Positions 36,131-50,222 of a DNA stretch of 63,880 bases are shown in pieces (the first letter of the stretch is position 1; every line of letters starts with the position of its first letter). The translations under genes and the position numbers were made by a program. Source of the stretch: Ginglymostoma cirratum (lineage: Eukaryota); assembly GCA_024137785.1 (NCBI GenBank), contig JAHRHZ010000024.1, positions 10,938,846-11,002,725 on the forward strand, read 5' to 3'. The notes below the pieces were generated by a model. The model made no database searches, had not been told where the DNA came from, and saw nothing but the letters and a program-made list of their open reading frames with translations.

Positions 36131-37235
36131 CTATAGGGGTATGACACTATCTCCCTGACCAACCCTGCAGTGATCCAATCCAACTATTCCCGCAACTGAA
36201 ACGAACTACCCCACCTGACCAACCCAAACTGATGCTTTTCCACCACCTCATCATTGACCTGACCAAACTACTGACTGACTCAGTCATCCACCCACTCTTC
36301 TACCTGCTCAATCACTGGCTCACTCACTCAATCACTCATTCTTTGTGTTCACTCTTCATCTGTCATTTCCTGTAGTCATTTGTCTTCCATAGGGATGGCT
36401 TCATTAACCATGATTAGATCACGTCTGGCAAAAATCATAAAGGGTCAGCCCACAGAAATCTTTGTTGACATAACACACGCAGCATTGATTGCTGACTAGA
36501 AAATCTGGACCACAGTGTATACAAAGATTTGGTCAATAATGTAATGCTTACCAAATAGATGGAAGAATTTCACAAGGGTCACAGTTTCTGCACTGGGACT
36601 TTCATCTGCAAAATGACTTGAGCACATTGAAATATTGAATATGCATTTCAGAGAGATAAGTCCATAATGGATTTTTATAGCTGATGAAATTTCCTTTCCA
36701 GCATATCACACAGCAACTTGATTCTGCAGTTTCCAGCAACAAACTGTTTGTCTGGTTTCCTCTTACAAGGATACGTTATGTTGATGTACATGGAGAGCTA
36801 TTGAAGGTATTTACATGTAAGTAACGCATAGGCTGGAGACTCGATAATGTTGTAAATTTTAAATGTTTTCAGAGTGACATCGAAATGACACTAGATTCTA
36901 CTTTTGCTTCATCTGCATCTATCTTACTTTGTGTAGGCTTCACAAACTACAGAGTATTATAGCAACATGTGCAATGGTGGCCAACTAAACCAGGCATGAG
37001 CTGCTGTAATGGGCAGCTCTCATGATAAAAGCTAAAATATGGAAATAATCAAAAGGTTTCAGGTAATGGTCCTGTGAATATTTTCTTTGGCAGCTTGTTC
37101 CATTGTGGATTGCCTTTGGGAGTCAAGATCGTTAACACACTGTCTTGGAAAAAAAAATTGGTATTTTCTGTGCATATCTGCCTTGTGTTATGTCATTACT
37201 GAAGGGCAACAGGGTATTTGTTTCCATTAATTAAT

Positions 37236-37572
37236 GGGCAGCACAATGGCTCAATGGCTAGCGCTACTGCCTCACAATACCAGGAATTCACGTTCAATTC
37301 CACCCACAGGTAACTGCAAATTTCCCTCTGTCTGTGTGGATTTCCTCAGGGTGTTCCAGTTTCCTCCTACCATCTAAAGATGTGCAGGTTAGGTGGGTTG
37401 GCCATGCTAAATTGTCTCATAGTGTCCATGGATGAGCTGCCTAGGTGGATTAGCCATGGGAAATGTACTGGAATGGGTCTGGGTGGGATGCTCTTCCAAA
37501 GGTCAGTGCCAACTCGATGGACTGAATGGTACTATAGGGATTCTGTTCTAATTCTCACCAGCTGATTCTATA
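37236..37572 (+). mobile_element. HE1-type V-SINE
   Basis: GGGCAGCACAATGGCTCAATGGCTAGCGCTACTGCCTCAC...GTTCAATTCC...AAAGATGTGCAGGTTAGGTGG...GGGATTCT. Confidence 0.85.
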
Positions 37573-39396
37573 TTTTATCAAACTTGTTCGGTATATTTTT
37601 CTCCATGCTTTGCCGTAGTGACACCCATTTGAAATCTTTTATCACTGATACTACACTGCTGTATTTCCCAAAGCTCTCTCATATTCTTAAAACTCTGTTC
37701 AAATTTGAATGTCTCATACCACCAAAATCTCAGTATTTGTTTCTCCCAAATAAATTCTACAACTATTCCAGTGGGATTTTTCTTTTGAAGTCCAAATTTC
37801 AACTGCTATGCTTGAGAATCATGCTGATAAACATTAAATATTGTAAGGTTACCTTTTCTATAATCTGAAGAATGTTTTGCTAATATACTCACATTAACAT
37901 GCATAACTTTCCCAATCATTGCTCTGTAAAATGAAATTCATTTATTGTCAGATGTTTTTCTTTTTGTTTTAATCCCTATCCTCAATAAATTTAGGCAATA
38001 GGCAAAGATTCTTTGATAAATCAAAGCTTAGAGTGAGACTGAACATATCATCTAAACTAACAGATTTTTTTAAAATCACGTATCCCTAAATTCTTCATTA
38101 TCCACTTCACACTGCTCTGTTCTTTGGATGTTCACTAGCTTTATCTCCTTTATCCCCTGCTGACTTCTCTCTCTGAAGTTCATCTTCAAACTTTCACATT
38201 TCTCTTTCTTATTAAAGTATTCATCATTTAATTTCAAATATGGATGCCATTATTTATTTTTCCATTTCTAGTTGCTTCACTTGTAATTAAATTCTAACAA
38301 ATTTAGAGGAATGATTATTTGCTTTAAAATTTCCTTCTTCCAATTTCAAATGCTGGCAGCACCTCAATTGTATCAGATTTCTTTTCCATGCTTTTGTTTA
38401 ACTCCATTTTTTCTGCTAATGCTATTAATCTAGCCTTGCTTCTTTTCCTTGGAAATTACACGGGGATAGATCTTTCCTCTCCAGAATACTTATAGCAATT
38501 AACAACACCATTTGCTTTTCAGTAAGGATCATAAATTCACCGGGAAAGTCTTATCAGCATTTACTTCAGCTAGCCCCAACATTCATTTTGATTGTGGATT
38601 TGTCATTCTGGATAATGCCTCAAATGATGCTCCAGTGTCAGAAGAGATGGCCAAATTTATATTATGATGCCAGAAAAGCCTAGAATATTTGCATTATGAT
38701 ATGGTTAAAGACCAAGAACATTTTCGTTTCACGTAGGTGATGTTTGAGATCTCAGGCACTTACTGAGAGAATAAAGTCATAAGATTGCATGGTTTAGAAC
38801 AAATAAAATCAACTTTCCAGCTCGTGGTTAGAAAAGTACAGCAATCTACTATGTATATAAATAATACTCCAACATTCAAAATTAACATGAAGTAAATACG
38901 GGTTAATGGACAAATTGTGGGTTAAACACACCATAGATCACATGAAATGCAAGAGCAGTCAATACAGATCCTATAAGTTTCTCAGCAAACAATTCAGATG
39001 TTAGTGACTCTGAGTCACCAAATCTCATTAAAATATTATCTCTTTCTCAAAGGAATTCAAACCATTGCTTTTGACGATTTAGGTTCTGAATATCCACAAA
39101 GGTCACTCTGATTTCAATCATGTTAAAGATTAAGTATCTCTTGATGTCTCATTCATTTTTTTCCTTGGGCTATGTTCCTCTGGATTCTCAAGTCTGCACC
39201 CCAGCATGTACCATGTACCCATGGCACAATTCCGATGCTTTTTTTGTAGACAGTAAGCTTCACTAAACTGGCACTGCCCCTCTGTTTCTCTGAGCTCCAG
39301 TCTCCAAGTTGCACTTAGTTATAAATGCTGCTTGGGGGCTTGAACATCAATTCTCAATTGCACCAAATGGTTACTGGATATTCAGAGTCTCAGCTT

Positions 39397-39560
39397 CATA
39401 GAATCATAGAATCCCTACAGTGTGGAAACAGGTCCTTCAGCCCAACAAGTCCACCCTGACCTTCAGAGCATCCCACCCAGACCCATCCCCCTATAACCCA
39501 CCTAATCTACACATCCCTGAACACTATCAGCGATTTAGCATGGCCAATCCACCTAACCTA
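39397..39560 (-). mobile_element. HE1-type SINE 3' half
   Basis: CATAGAATCATAGAATCCCTACAGTGTGGAAACAGG...TTTAGCATGGCCAATCCACCTAACCT. Confidence 0.85.
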
Positions 39561-40299
39561 AGCTTCTCAGAATTTAGAGGAGCTCTTTAGTGCAGGCAGA
39601 CACCTTCTCTGCTTAGCTACAACTGACCACTGGAATATTGTTCACACACTGTTGAATTGATCTGAATGAAGTTCCAGTCATCCTACAAGACTGGATCAAA
39701 CGTAACAGGTTCTCGATCATCCCACACTTAAATATACAAGTTGCTATCTTACACATCACAAATAGATAGAAAATAGGTTTAATCACAGACATCACAAAGG
39801 ACTTGCATTCTCCAGGACTGTACGAACAAATGCTGCTAAGCTATAATTTGGACATTACTGTTGCAATGCTAAAATGTCTACATCAGAAATCCAAGAAATC
39901 GCTTGAATGTTATTTACTGAATGTGGAATTTCTATTGACAATTATTTTTACAATGAACCCTTAGACATTGTTATGTATGTATTTTTGCAGAATTTGATTA
40001 CAAAATTTAAAGCCATCTGTAAATAGCAACTTTTGTTCAGGGCAATGTACAGTGCATAAAAATTTTTAGCATTAAGTTCCATTCTGCGTTGTCCCTGTTG
40101 GCTTGTAACTCCAGGAGTTTGTTGAGCATTGAATTGATAAGATCTTGAGTTTTCTCTGATATGTGTATATGATGCAGTCATTTGACAACAGTCAAACACC
40201 CTCTTTTAACATGTTGGGAAGGTTGTTTAAGCAAAGAAGAGCAAAGATCCCAATACAGTTCCCTGGAGAGGATACCTTGAGGAGAGGACAATTTCACAT

Positions 40300-40585
40300 T
40301 AATCCAGTGTAGTACTGAGTACTCTTTCCAATCAGATGTTAAACTCAGGTCTAGGCTGTGATCTGAGGTAGACATAAAATATTTCACATCACTATTTCAA
40401 AGAATGGCAGATATTCATCCAAGGTGTCCTGTTCGATAATTATGTCCCAGTTAGTATTAATTAAGAAACAGATTGTTGGTCATTCTTCCGTCTTTTTGTG
40501 AAAACTTGCTGTGTTTAAATTGGCTGCTAACTTTTTCAACATTTTGAAAGTACTTCACTTGTTGTAAACTTGTTTTGAGCTATGA
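40300..40585 (+). mobile_element. Deu-domain SINE remnant (SacSINE1/AmnSINE1-like)
   Basis: AGATGTTAAACTCAGGTC...ACATAAAATATTTCACATCACTATTTCAAAGA...GGTGTCCTG...AAACAGATT...CTTGCTGTGTTTAAATTGGCTGC...AAAGTACTTCA resembles my recollection of Deu-SINE body and tail; diverged. Confidence 0.6.
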
Positions 40586-40859
40586 ACTAAAAATACTTGT
40601 TTAACGGATCAAAATATTCTGTTGCTCTGAAAAGACAAATCGAATCTTTTTTGAGTGACTCATTAATTTTGATATTAGCTGCTGTGGAATAATGCTGAAA
40701 CTGATAGCAGTGAGGTGAGGGAAGATTGTATTATATGCAAGAAACAAATATGTTCATTTTATTAAAAGTCAACCTGTGGATATTACACATATGATACATA
40801 CCTGCCTAATTATTAAATATTTCTTCTCCTTCGGTTCTCTGCCCGAAGGCAGATCTTTG

Positions 40860-41160
40860 GCCACTATTCCCTAAGTGACAACATTTTTATTTATTTGATT
40901 TTTTTAAAATTGCAAGTGGGGTGAAGGTATTTTCTAATGAACCTGTTCAAAGATATTCTTACACATCGAAGTGGAACTTGAACCTGGGCCTCCTGCTCAG
41001 AATTAGAGCACTAAGACTGTATCACAAAAGCCTCTAACAGGCAGGGTGAACGAGCAGATCCTGAACCTACCTCAGCTGAAATGGAGTTGAATCCTTTGCA
41101 ATTGATATTAATCTGATAATGGGCACAACTCATTTAACCAACTGAGTTAAGTAGCATCCC
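40860..41160 (-). mobile_element. Two degraded tRNA-like SINE heads
   Basis: Reverse strand: GGCCCAGGTTCAAGTTCCAC (B box, about 40975-40990), and TAACTCAGTTGGTT...GGATTCAACTCC (about 41085-41150). Confidence 0.5.
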
Positions 41161-42214
41161 CTCCTCCCCAAAAAACAAAACATGCATTCATATATTACAA
41201 AGCTAAGCTTTTACAGACTTGCCATGACTCTATAATAAATGAATTCCTAATAAAGTGAATATACTTGTTTATCAATGCAATACAAAATTCACTAAGCGCT
41301 CATCAAGCCTGGACTGGAGATCACCAATTTCATGAGAATTTTACAGATGAAAAAATCAAAACTGACAGCTCACCCACAAACAATGGCAGTAGCATTGCCA
41401 TTCTGGGCACTTGTCCAGATCAGATTATAAAAAGACTTATGATTCTATGAGAAACCACATGCTCATCAAATAAACAAAGCATGTAGCAAGTGAGCAATGA
41501 TTTCAGAGATCTGCAATCAGAGCCTAAAGATGGTATTCGTCTTCTGCATTCAAAAGAGAAAAATAAAGCATTGCAAATGACTCTTACTATTGAAATAATT
41601 ACTACTTATTTTTCACATCCCCTTTTAATCACAGCTTGTTAATTGAGATACTATTCTATAGATGAAATTTTGCCTCATTGTTCAGAATTTTTCATTGTCT
41701 TGAGAGATAGCTTCATTCTGTCAAGGGCGCACTTAACATCCACAATAAGAGAACAATGACTTGGTCTAGTTGATATCAATGATTTTGAAAATCTTTTAAA
41801 CTTCTATTAATCTGCCAGTGCTTAGAAAGAACAGGAATGAGCTGTTAAATTATATCTTCAGTTGATTTAGTCATAGTTATGCTAGGAAAGAGCATTGATA
41901 GTGGGAAATGAGAAGCTTGTCAAGACTAGCAGATCTAAAAGTTCATCCAGGTGACTGACGCAAAAAAAATCGACTAATAACCTCTTTAGTTTGATTCATT
42001 GATTTATGCAATGGAAGATTGTTATTTTAAAAAAAAACTAACATTGTAATAAAAGCTGAATTCATTTCAAATTGGTATAAAAAACCTTGTGGGCCCACCG
42101 ACTTGTTATATTGTTATATAGGGTCAAAAGGAAATTGGATGCTTTTCTTTGTTGTTGCCAATCTTGCACAGATGGTGCACAAGAAATATTAAGATTATAT
42201 GGCTTAACCTAACT

Positions 42215-45200
42215 GAGACCATAAGAAACACAAGAATTATGAGCAGGAGAAGATTATTTGGCTTCATGAGCCCACTCCCCCTTTCAATAAAATCGTGTCA
42301 TATGACCCCTTAACTTCACTTTCCTGTCACTCTCCTTATAACCCCCAATTCCCTTATTGATCAAAAAAAACTATCTAACTGAATAGTGAACATGTCCCAG
42401 ACTCCAGCTCCAATGTTCTTTGGGGAATGGAATTCTACCGATTAACCCTCTGAGAAAAACAACTCTTTATTTCAGTCTTAGGTGGAAGACCTCTAACTTT
42501 TAAAAGGCGTCCTTCATTTTAAAACTCCCCCACGAATGGAGAAATCCTCTCTGCAATCAATCTTATTGAGTTCTGTCAGGATCTGATATATTACACAAAG
42601 ATAATCTGCCACTCTTCTAAATTACAATGGATATTGACCCGGCTCAACCCTTCCTCTTAGGACAAATCTTTTATTCCATGAATTAGTCAACTGAACCGTC
42701 TCCAAACTGATTTGAGTGCAATAATATCCTTTATTAATAAAGGAGACCAAAACTTTGTACAGCATTCCAGATGCAGTAACTTGTAGACCCTGCATAACTG
42801 TAGCAACATTTCCCTCCATTTTGACAGAATTCCCATTGTAATAAACATCATAATTCCAGTTGCATTTCTAATCACTTGTTACACCTGCAAAACAACTTTC
42901 TGCAGTTCATGCACCAGAATGCTCAGATCCTTCTGTGCTGTCAGGCTGAATTTTTTCGGGACTACGTGACATGGTCTATAGGGAGACGTGTGGCAGAATT
43001 GGACAAGAAATGAAATAAGGCACAGCTCGAATTCGGAAGGAACTTGTGCCAGATTTTATGTTTTTATAAGTGTTGTGGTAAGGCTCTTGCTAGGAAATGA
43101 CACAGTGACAAGTTGCCAATGAAGAAGGTTCATAAATTGTTGAAGGTACAACTCGCTGCATTAGCTTTCAGCTTTATATCTTACTAAACTCATCAAACAT
43201 GCTGGATATCAAGAAAATATAACATGAAATTCAAAGGATGTACCTGGTGAATCAATTCATTGCTTTGGTTTGAATGACCTCCATGGTGGCCACACATGTT
43301 AGGGCAAGCTCCATGGGCACCAATCTCATACACCCCATATCCACAGACATTGGTATCCAATATATATCAATCTCTAAGAACTCTCATGTCATATCTCTGA
43401 TTCATGTACTTACTGGATGCTTCAGCACTTCAATGCTGCATCTCAAGTAGCACCAGCAACTATCAATGTAATGTTCCTGTAAGGACACTGTGCACTCAGC
43501 AACACGCATCCAACTTACAGGCTAGACTGGACTGCGCCTCTGGGCTCTTTGCTCATGGTCATAGTGCTCATTCAAACTGAACCTGCCTGGATGTTCACAT
43601 TTTTACACATTGCCTCTTCATCCAAAGATGCCAGGATCCTATTGCTTCTGTCTTGCTTTGTTATTTAGCACAGGCGAGAAAAGAAGGAAATTTGTCATAG
43701 TTATCATCAAGTCTTAGTCATATCAAGTGAGATAGCCTTTCTTCAGGGGTTTTTGACACAGTAAGTCAAGGGCAGCCTCCAATACCAGTCAAAGGGCCAG
43801 AAATCATTCTGTTAACAACTTGGGCAGTCAGAGTCAGGCTGCTGTCCACGTAAGGCACTATACTACCTATCTGCAATCCATCAATATCTGCAACAGTCTC
43901 CATTCAAATAATATACTGCTTTTCTGTCCTTGCCAGATTGGGCAAGTTCACATTTCCCACCTTATACATTTTCCTACATTATACACGTTGCCAATTTTTC
44001 ACCACTCAGTTCCCTACCTAAATTCTCTTGCAAACTCCATATACACTCTGCACAGTTTAATTTCCTACCTACTTTTGTGTCATCAGCAAATTTTGCTACC
44101 ACACGTTCAGTCTTTTCATCTAAGTCATTGATATAAATTAGAAATAGTTGAGGCTCCAGTACTTATCCATATGGCACTCTACTTGTAACAGCTTGACAAA
44201 CTGAAAATGATCAATTTATCTGTGCTTTCTGTTTCTTGTTAGCTGGCCGATTCTCTATCCATACTAATGTGTTACCCCTACAATATGAGATCTTACTTTG
44301 TGTAGTAACCTTTGGTATAATGATTGAAACATAAAATTCTGACATTACTATACAGTTCAAATCCAGAAATTATGTTACCACTGTCTCAGCATCTAGAGAA
44401 AGCAGTTACTGTCTCAGGAAATGTTGTTGACCATTTTGGACTGAAATGAAGCTGGGGATCCTGTGAAATTCCCTACTACATAAGACAGTGGAGGCCAAGT
44501 CACTGAATATATTTAAGGAAGAAATAGGTAAATTTCTAGCCACTAAAGCAATCAAGGGTTTTGGGGAGAGAGTGGCAGTGTGCCACAGAGACAGAAGATC
44601 AGCAATGATCTAATTGAAAGGCATAGTGGGGTTGATTGGCTAGATGCCACTCTGTCTGCTCTTTGTCATGTTTCAATGTGGCACATTGTTGAATGCCTTT
44701 GAAAATATGAGTACATCATTGCAAGATTGCTGTTATCCACCTTGATTTTTACTTTCTCGAAAATTTCTACTTAGTTCATCGAATGTGATTAATTTTTCAC
44801 AAAACCAGACAAACTCTGCCTGATTGTATTATGATTTTCTGAATGCCTTGTTATTACCCCCTCAATAATGGATTCTATCTTCCTTTTGACAGACAATTAG
44901 GCTAACTGACCTATAGTTTCCTGCTTTCTGTCATTTCCTTCTATAAATCACCATAACTTTAGCAACTTTTCCATCTGCTAGGATGTTTCCAGAAGCTAAG
45001 CAGATTTGGAAGATTACAATCAATATATCCATTTAAAAATTCATTCACAAGACAAGGGCATCGCTGTATAAGCCAGCATTCATTGCCCAGCCCTAATTGC
45101 CTAAAGGGCAGTTGAGAGTCAACCACTTTATTACAGGTCTAGAGTTATGTGTAGGCCAGACCTGGTAAGGATGGCAGTTTCCTTCCCTAAAGAAATTAGT

Positions 45201-45560
45201 GATCCAGATGAGTTCTTCCCATCTGTAGCTACTCTGTCAAGCTCAAAAGATGAAAGGGTTCACAGAATTTGTTAACTCTTATTTCTAATAGCTTTACTAA
45301 TGTATTTTCCCTGGTCGTTATGATTGTTTTAAGATCCTCCCTCCCTTTTATCTCTTGATTTTCAAGTTTTCTTAATTTTTTAAAAGTCTTCTGTGATGAA
45401 AGAGATGCAAAATACTTGTTCAACCTTTTAGCTATTTCCTTATTGATTCCCTAGGCTCACTTGCTCAGGACCAAACATCATTTTAGTTCCTCTTTTCCTT
45501 TTCTTAATGCTTGTAAAAACTATCTATTGTTAAATTTTCTAGTTAGCGTTTTTCCAATGT
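42215..45560 (-). mobile_element. Fragmented old CR1 LINE with nested insertions
   Basis: CR1 3' UTR at about 42220; HLECCTKFWSP (ORF 42687..42875); RT region 43890-44320 and 44680-45030; MNKYFAS (45229..45423). Interrupted by about 42943-43885, a plus-strand CR1 3' end (about 44480-44680) and a SINE. Confidence 0.65.
45033..45225 (-). mobile_element. tRNA-derived SINE 3' half
   Basis: ATTCATTCAC...CATTGCCCAGCCCTAATTGCC...GTAGGCCAGACCTGGTAAGGATGGCAG. Confidence 0.8.
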
Positions 45561-45914
45561 GAGATCCCCTTTTGATAGTAACATATCTGAAGAAGATGTA
45601 CCAGAAATTCTTGCAACAATTTTTGGCGATTTATTTTTTGTTATAAATCACTAATTACTGACAAAAGATCATTAATAATATTGTCATCAGGTTTGCCAAG
45701 GAGCTGTATTCTTCTATTAAATCTTGGTCTTTCTATTACACAATTGTGAATGGATTTAAAGTAATTCTCAATGCTCTTACAGTATTATCACAGGCATCTG
45801 CCTTGTCTATTAGATTCTGTCATTTTAAAACATGATTTGCTCAAGACCTATAGCATAACAAAGTATACCCATTGCTCTCTGGGCTTCCTGTGTAATTCTG
45901 AAGCAATTCTTTAT

Positions 45915-47345
45915 AAAGAACAAAGAACAACACAACACAGGAACAGACCTTTCAGCCCTCTAAGCCTGCGCTGACACATTTTGCCCTTCCATCTTAAAAA
46001 TGTCTTCACGTACAGGATCTGTATCCCTCTATTCCCTTCCTATTCATGTATTCGTCTAGGTGTTTCTTGAATGCTGCTATTATGTCTGCTTCCACCACCT
46101 CCTCTGGTTGTGTGTTCCAGGCACCCACCACCCATTGTGTGAAAAACGTGCCTTGCAAATCTCTTTTAAACTTATCCCCCCCTCCCCCGACCCCCCATTC
46201 CATATCTTGGATCTGCGTCCCTAGTAATTGACAAACCCCCAAACCTGGGAAAAAGCCTTACACTTTCTACTCTATCCATGCCATTCGCAAACTTATAACT
46301 TCTATTAAGTCACCTCTCAACTTCTTATGTTCCACTGAAAACAAACCCAGTCTATCCACCTTTCTTCATAGCTAAAATCCTCCAGGAAACTTCCTGATAA
46401 ACCTTTCCTGTACCGCCTCACAAGATTCCACGTCCTTCTGGTAGTGTGGTGTCAAGAACTGCACACTATATTCTAAGAGTGGCCTAACCAAAGTTCTATA
46501 AAGCTGCAGCATAACTTATTTATCCTTATACTCAATGCCTCTTCCAATGATGGCAAGCATTCCATGGGCCTTTTTTACTACCTTATCTACCTGTATTGCC
46601 ACCTTCAGTGAGCTGTGGACCTGTATTCATACAGATCCCTCTCCATATCAATACTCCCAAGGGTTCTACCATTCACTGTATAATTTCCACTTGTACATGA
46701 CCTCCCAAAATGCATCACCTCACATTTGTCCAGATTAAACACCATTTGCTATTTTTTTCTGCCCATGCCTCCAACTGATCTGTATCCTGCTCAATCCTCT
46801 GACAATCCTCTTCACTATCTGCAACTCCACCTTATCTGTGTATCGTCAGCAAACTTACTAATCGACCAGCTACATTTTCCTCCAAATCATGCGCGTAGAC
46901 AGCAGGGGTCCCAGCATTGATCCCAATGGAACAGCACTAATCACAACCTTCCATTCCAAAAAGCATCTTTCACTGTTACCCTGTCTCCTATGACTAAGTC
47001 AGTTCTGTATCCATCTTGCCAACTCACCCCTGACATCATATGACTGCACCTTTTGTACCAGTCTGCCATGAGGGACCTTGTCAAAGGCTTTACTGAAGCC
47101 TATGCAAATAACATCAACTGCTTTTCCCTCATCAATCATCTTCGTCACTTCCTCAAAAAACTCGGTCAAGTTAGTGAGGCATGACCTCCCCCGCACAAAA
47201 CCATGTTGTCCATCACTATTAAGTCCATTTGCTTCTAAATATGTATAGATCTTGTCCGTGAGAATATTTTTGAATAATCTCCCTACCACCCACGTGAGGC
47301 TCACAGGCCTGTAAATTCCTGGATTATCCCTGTTACCCTTAAACA
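45915..47345 (-). mobile_element. CR1 LINE RT through 3' tail
   Basis: ORF 46999..47346(-) YRPVSLT...QHGFVRGRSCLTNL...FSKAFDKVPHGRL; ORF 46006..46242(-) FFTQWVVGAWN; AAAGAACAAAGAAC tail. Confidence 0.92.
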
Positions 47346-49283
47346 ATGAGCTGCTGAATATTTAAAGATTTTCTGACTTTTTTTATTCTCCGTGGATGAT
47401 AGTGCAAAACTAGAGACTTTTTTAGATGCTCGCCACTACTAGCATATTATATGCAGCAGAGGTGCCCACCACTATGCCATTGGGTGTCAGCAATGCTAAA
47501 TGATGTGGCTGAGAAGCATGGAGTAGATTCACTGCGACTAGATCTTTTACATTAGTATTAGTTTAAGTTACTAATACCATGTAGGAAAGGATACCCACTA
47601 AAAACTTCAGAAGATAGGTTTAATCTTGATAATCAGTTAAGGTTTATCACATAGCACTTAATGGCTAGTTACATTATATTTCGGAAACAATTGTTTCTTC
47701 TGAGACAAGATACTCAACTTAGGAGCAAGCACACATCGCTGTTAGCCACATTGACTTAACGCTAGAATAATTGGTACTGTATCACTTGTCTTAGAACAAA
47801 TACATTGGTAAGCTTGTCCCAGGAACAGTCCCTTAAATCCTGATAGGTGAGGATCATCTTATGATGTTAGTGAGCCTTTACAAATACTAACAACATGAAC
47901 TGCCTGGAAAAGGCAGAAAAATGGCTGGATCTAAATTAACATAAACTTGGTTTGTAAATTGGTTGCCTTTTTAAAGCAAAGATTCTATCTTTAGCTGTAT
48001 ATTGTGGTGTAGTTGATGAACTATCAATCTTTTTCACTGTTTTGGAGACATTTTTGATTGGGTTCATGCAAATTATTTTCAATAGCAGCTATGTGATATG
48101 ATTGGTGGATTTAGAAGCAGAAGCAAATCAAAAGATAACAAAGTTAAAAAGCAAAACCAATATAATGGAACAATCATGAGTAAGGGAAATATTGCCAATT
48201 GGGTTGATTGTGATTTCATCACAAACTCAGCATTCACTGCTGATGCAGAAATATTGTTAAGGCACTAAACGTTTATTTATTATTAAAATCCTCCATTAAA
48301 CTCCAGAACAATTCCTTCTTAGACTGGACATTGCAATAAAATGATGGTTCTTAGAGTTGTTTAATCTCTTGTGATAGTGCCTTTGAGAAATCCACTCATG
48401 CTTTAAAATTAGACTTCAGCTGAATAGTTTTCATTTCCAGGGAACAAACGGGAACAAACACAGACTCTCAAAGTAGAGTTAGGTACTTCAACATGCCATT
48501 TTTTGTTTGTAAAGCCAGCCAGTGAAATTAATATAGATACTCCATGACAACACAGTTAAACGCATATGTTGCAGGCACCTCTTTGCTTAGTAAGAGTGCC
48601 TTCTGAGACCAGAAATAACATTCCTGATTGGTCACAAGTATAATAATGATTTATCATTTCAGTCACAGTGGAATGTTATTTTCGGAATCCTAGATCTAAC
48701 TGCGCACTTAGGGCACTAGCTTTGCTTCAATCATAGTTTATAGGGCAGTAAGGTCATTGCAACAACAGATTCAGAGTCTCCATGTAATCTCAGTGCTATT
48801 TCTAACCATCATTACATAGTTCCACTTTATGGGAACGATAGTGTTTTGTGATTTATGTCAGTGTCTGAACAGAAGTTACAGCTCATCATTTTTTCGCCAG
48901 ACGTGATATTTTTTAACTCTTCAGAACCTGCAGTTTTATGAATTATAGAGTTATAACATCATAACTGCTTCATGTGATGTGTTTAACGGCTGCCACAAAC
49001 TAAACTGAAAGCAAATTCAGAGGTGGAGGTTACATAACTACAGCAAGCCAACTGGTGCATGGTGTACAAATGTATTTCTCAAAGCATTCTTTTTTCACAG
49101 AAAACAACAAAAAGATGCACACATTAACATTACCAGTTGCAGGTTACTCAAGTTATTCAATATCTATGTTTCAAGAAGAAAATTATAATGTATAACAAAA
49201 CACCATATTAATTCTATTTCATCTCAATTTCATCCATCTCCACACATATATTTCACCCATTATCTCTGAAGCATTCAGGTCTT

Positions 49284-49357
49284 TCTATTATGTTATATAT
49301 AATTATATTATTATAATATATTATTATATTATATATATTATATATCAGTCTATTATG
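49284..49357. repeat. AT-only low-complexity filler bounded by duplicated TCTATTATG
   Basis: TCTATTATG at 49284-49292 and 49349-49357, with about 53 nt of A/T-only sequence between. Confidence 0.8.
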
Positions 49358-50222
49358 GATAGACTGGAGAGTTGGGCGGAGAAGTGGCAGATGGAGTTCA
49401 ATCCGGGCAAGTGTGAGGTGATGCATTTTGGGAGGTCTAATTCTAGAGCAAACTATACTGTAAACGGAAGAGCCTTGGGAAAAGTTGATGAGCAGAGAGA
49501 TCTGGGAGTTCAGGTCCATTGTACCCTGAAGGTGGCTGCACAGGTGGATAGAGTGGTCAAGAAGGCATATGGTATGCTTGCCTTCATCGGACAGGGTATT
49601 GAGTATAAGAGCTGGCAGGTCATGTTAAAATTGTACAAGACTTTGGTTCGGCCGCATTTAGAATACTGTGTACAGTTCTGGTCGCCACATTACCAAAAGG
49701 ATGTGGAAGCTTTGGAGAGGGTACAGAGAAGGTTTACGAGGATGTTGCCTGGTATGGAAGGTGCTAGCTATGAAGAGAGGTTGAGTAGGTTAGGATTGTT
49801 TTCATTAGAAAAAAGGAGATTGAGGGGGGACCTGATTGAGGTCTTCAAAATCATGAAGGGTATAGACAGGGATGATAGAGATAAGCTTTTTCCCAGGGTG
49901 AGGGATTCAATAACGAGGGGTCACGCATTCAAGGTGAGAGGAGAAAAGTTTAAGGGGGATACACGCGGAAAGTACTTTACACAGAGGGTGGTAGGTGCCT
50001 GGAACGCGTTGCCAGCAGAGGTAGTAGAGGCAGGCACGGTAGATTCATTTAAGGTGCGTCTGGACAGATACATGAGTAGGTGGGGAGCAGAGGGATACAG
50101 ATCCTTAGGAATTGGGCGATAGGTTTAGACAGTGGATTTGGATCAGCACAGGCTTGGAGGGCCGAAGGGCCTGTTCCCGGGCTGTAAGTTTTCTTTGTTC
50201 TTTGTTTTTTGTTGTTTTTTTC
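49355..50222 (+). mobile_element. Young 5'-truncated CR1 LINE with open ORF2 C-terminus (255 aa)
   Basis: ORF 49355..50122 WAEKWQMEFNPGKCEVMHFG...RDLGV...YKTLVRPHLEYCVQFWSP...RRLRGDLIEVFKI...FTQRVVGAWN with no stops and CpGs retained; 3' UTR and TTCTTTG-type tail. Confidence 0.95.

Noticed and set aside
36937-37062. 126-bp exon-like segment (TTTGTGTAG|...CAG|GTAATG)
   Set aside because: Stop codons in all three frames; no support as a coding exon.
49355-50122. 255-aa ORF as a host gene
   Set aside because: It is the C-terminal part of CR1 ORF2, downstream of the RT catalytic motif, and 5'-truncated.
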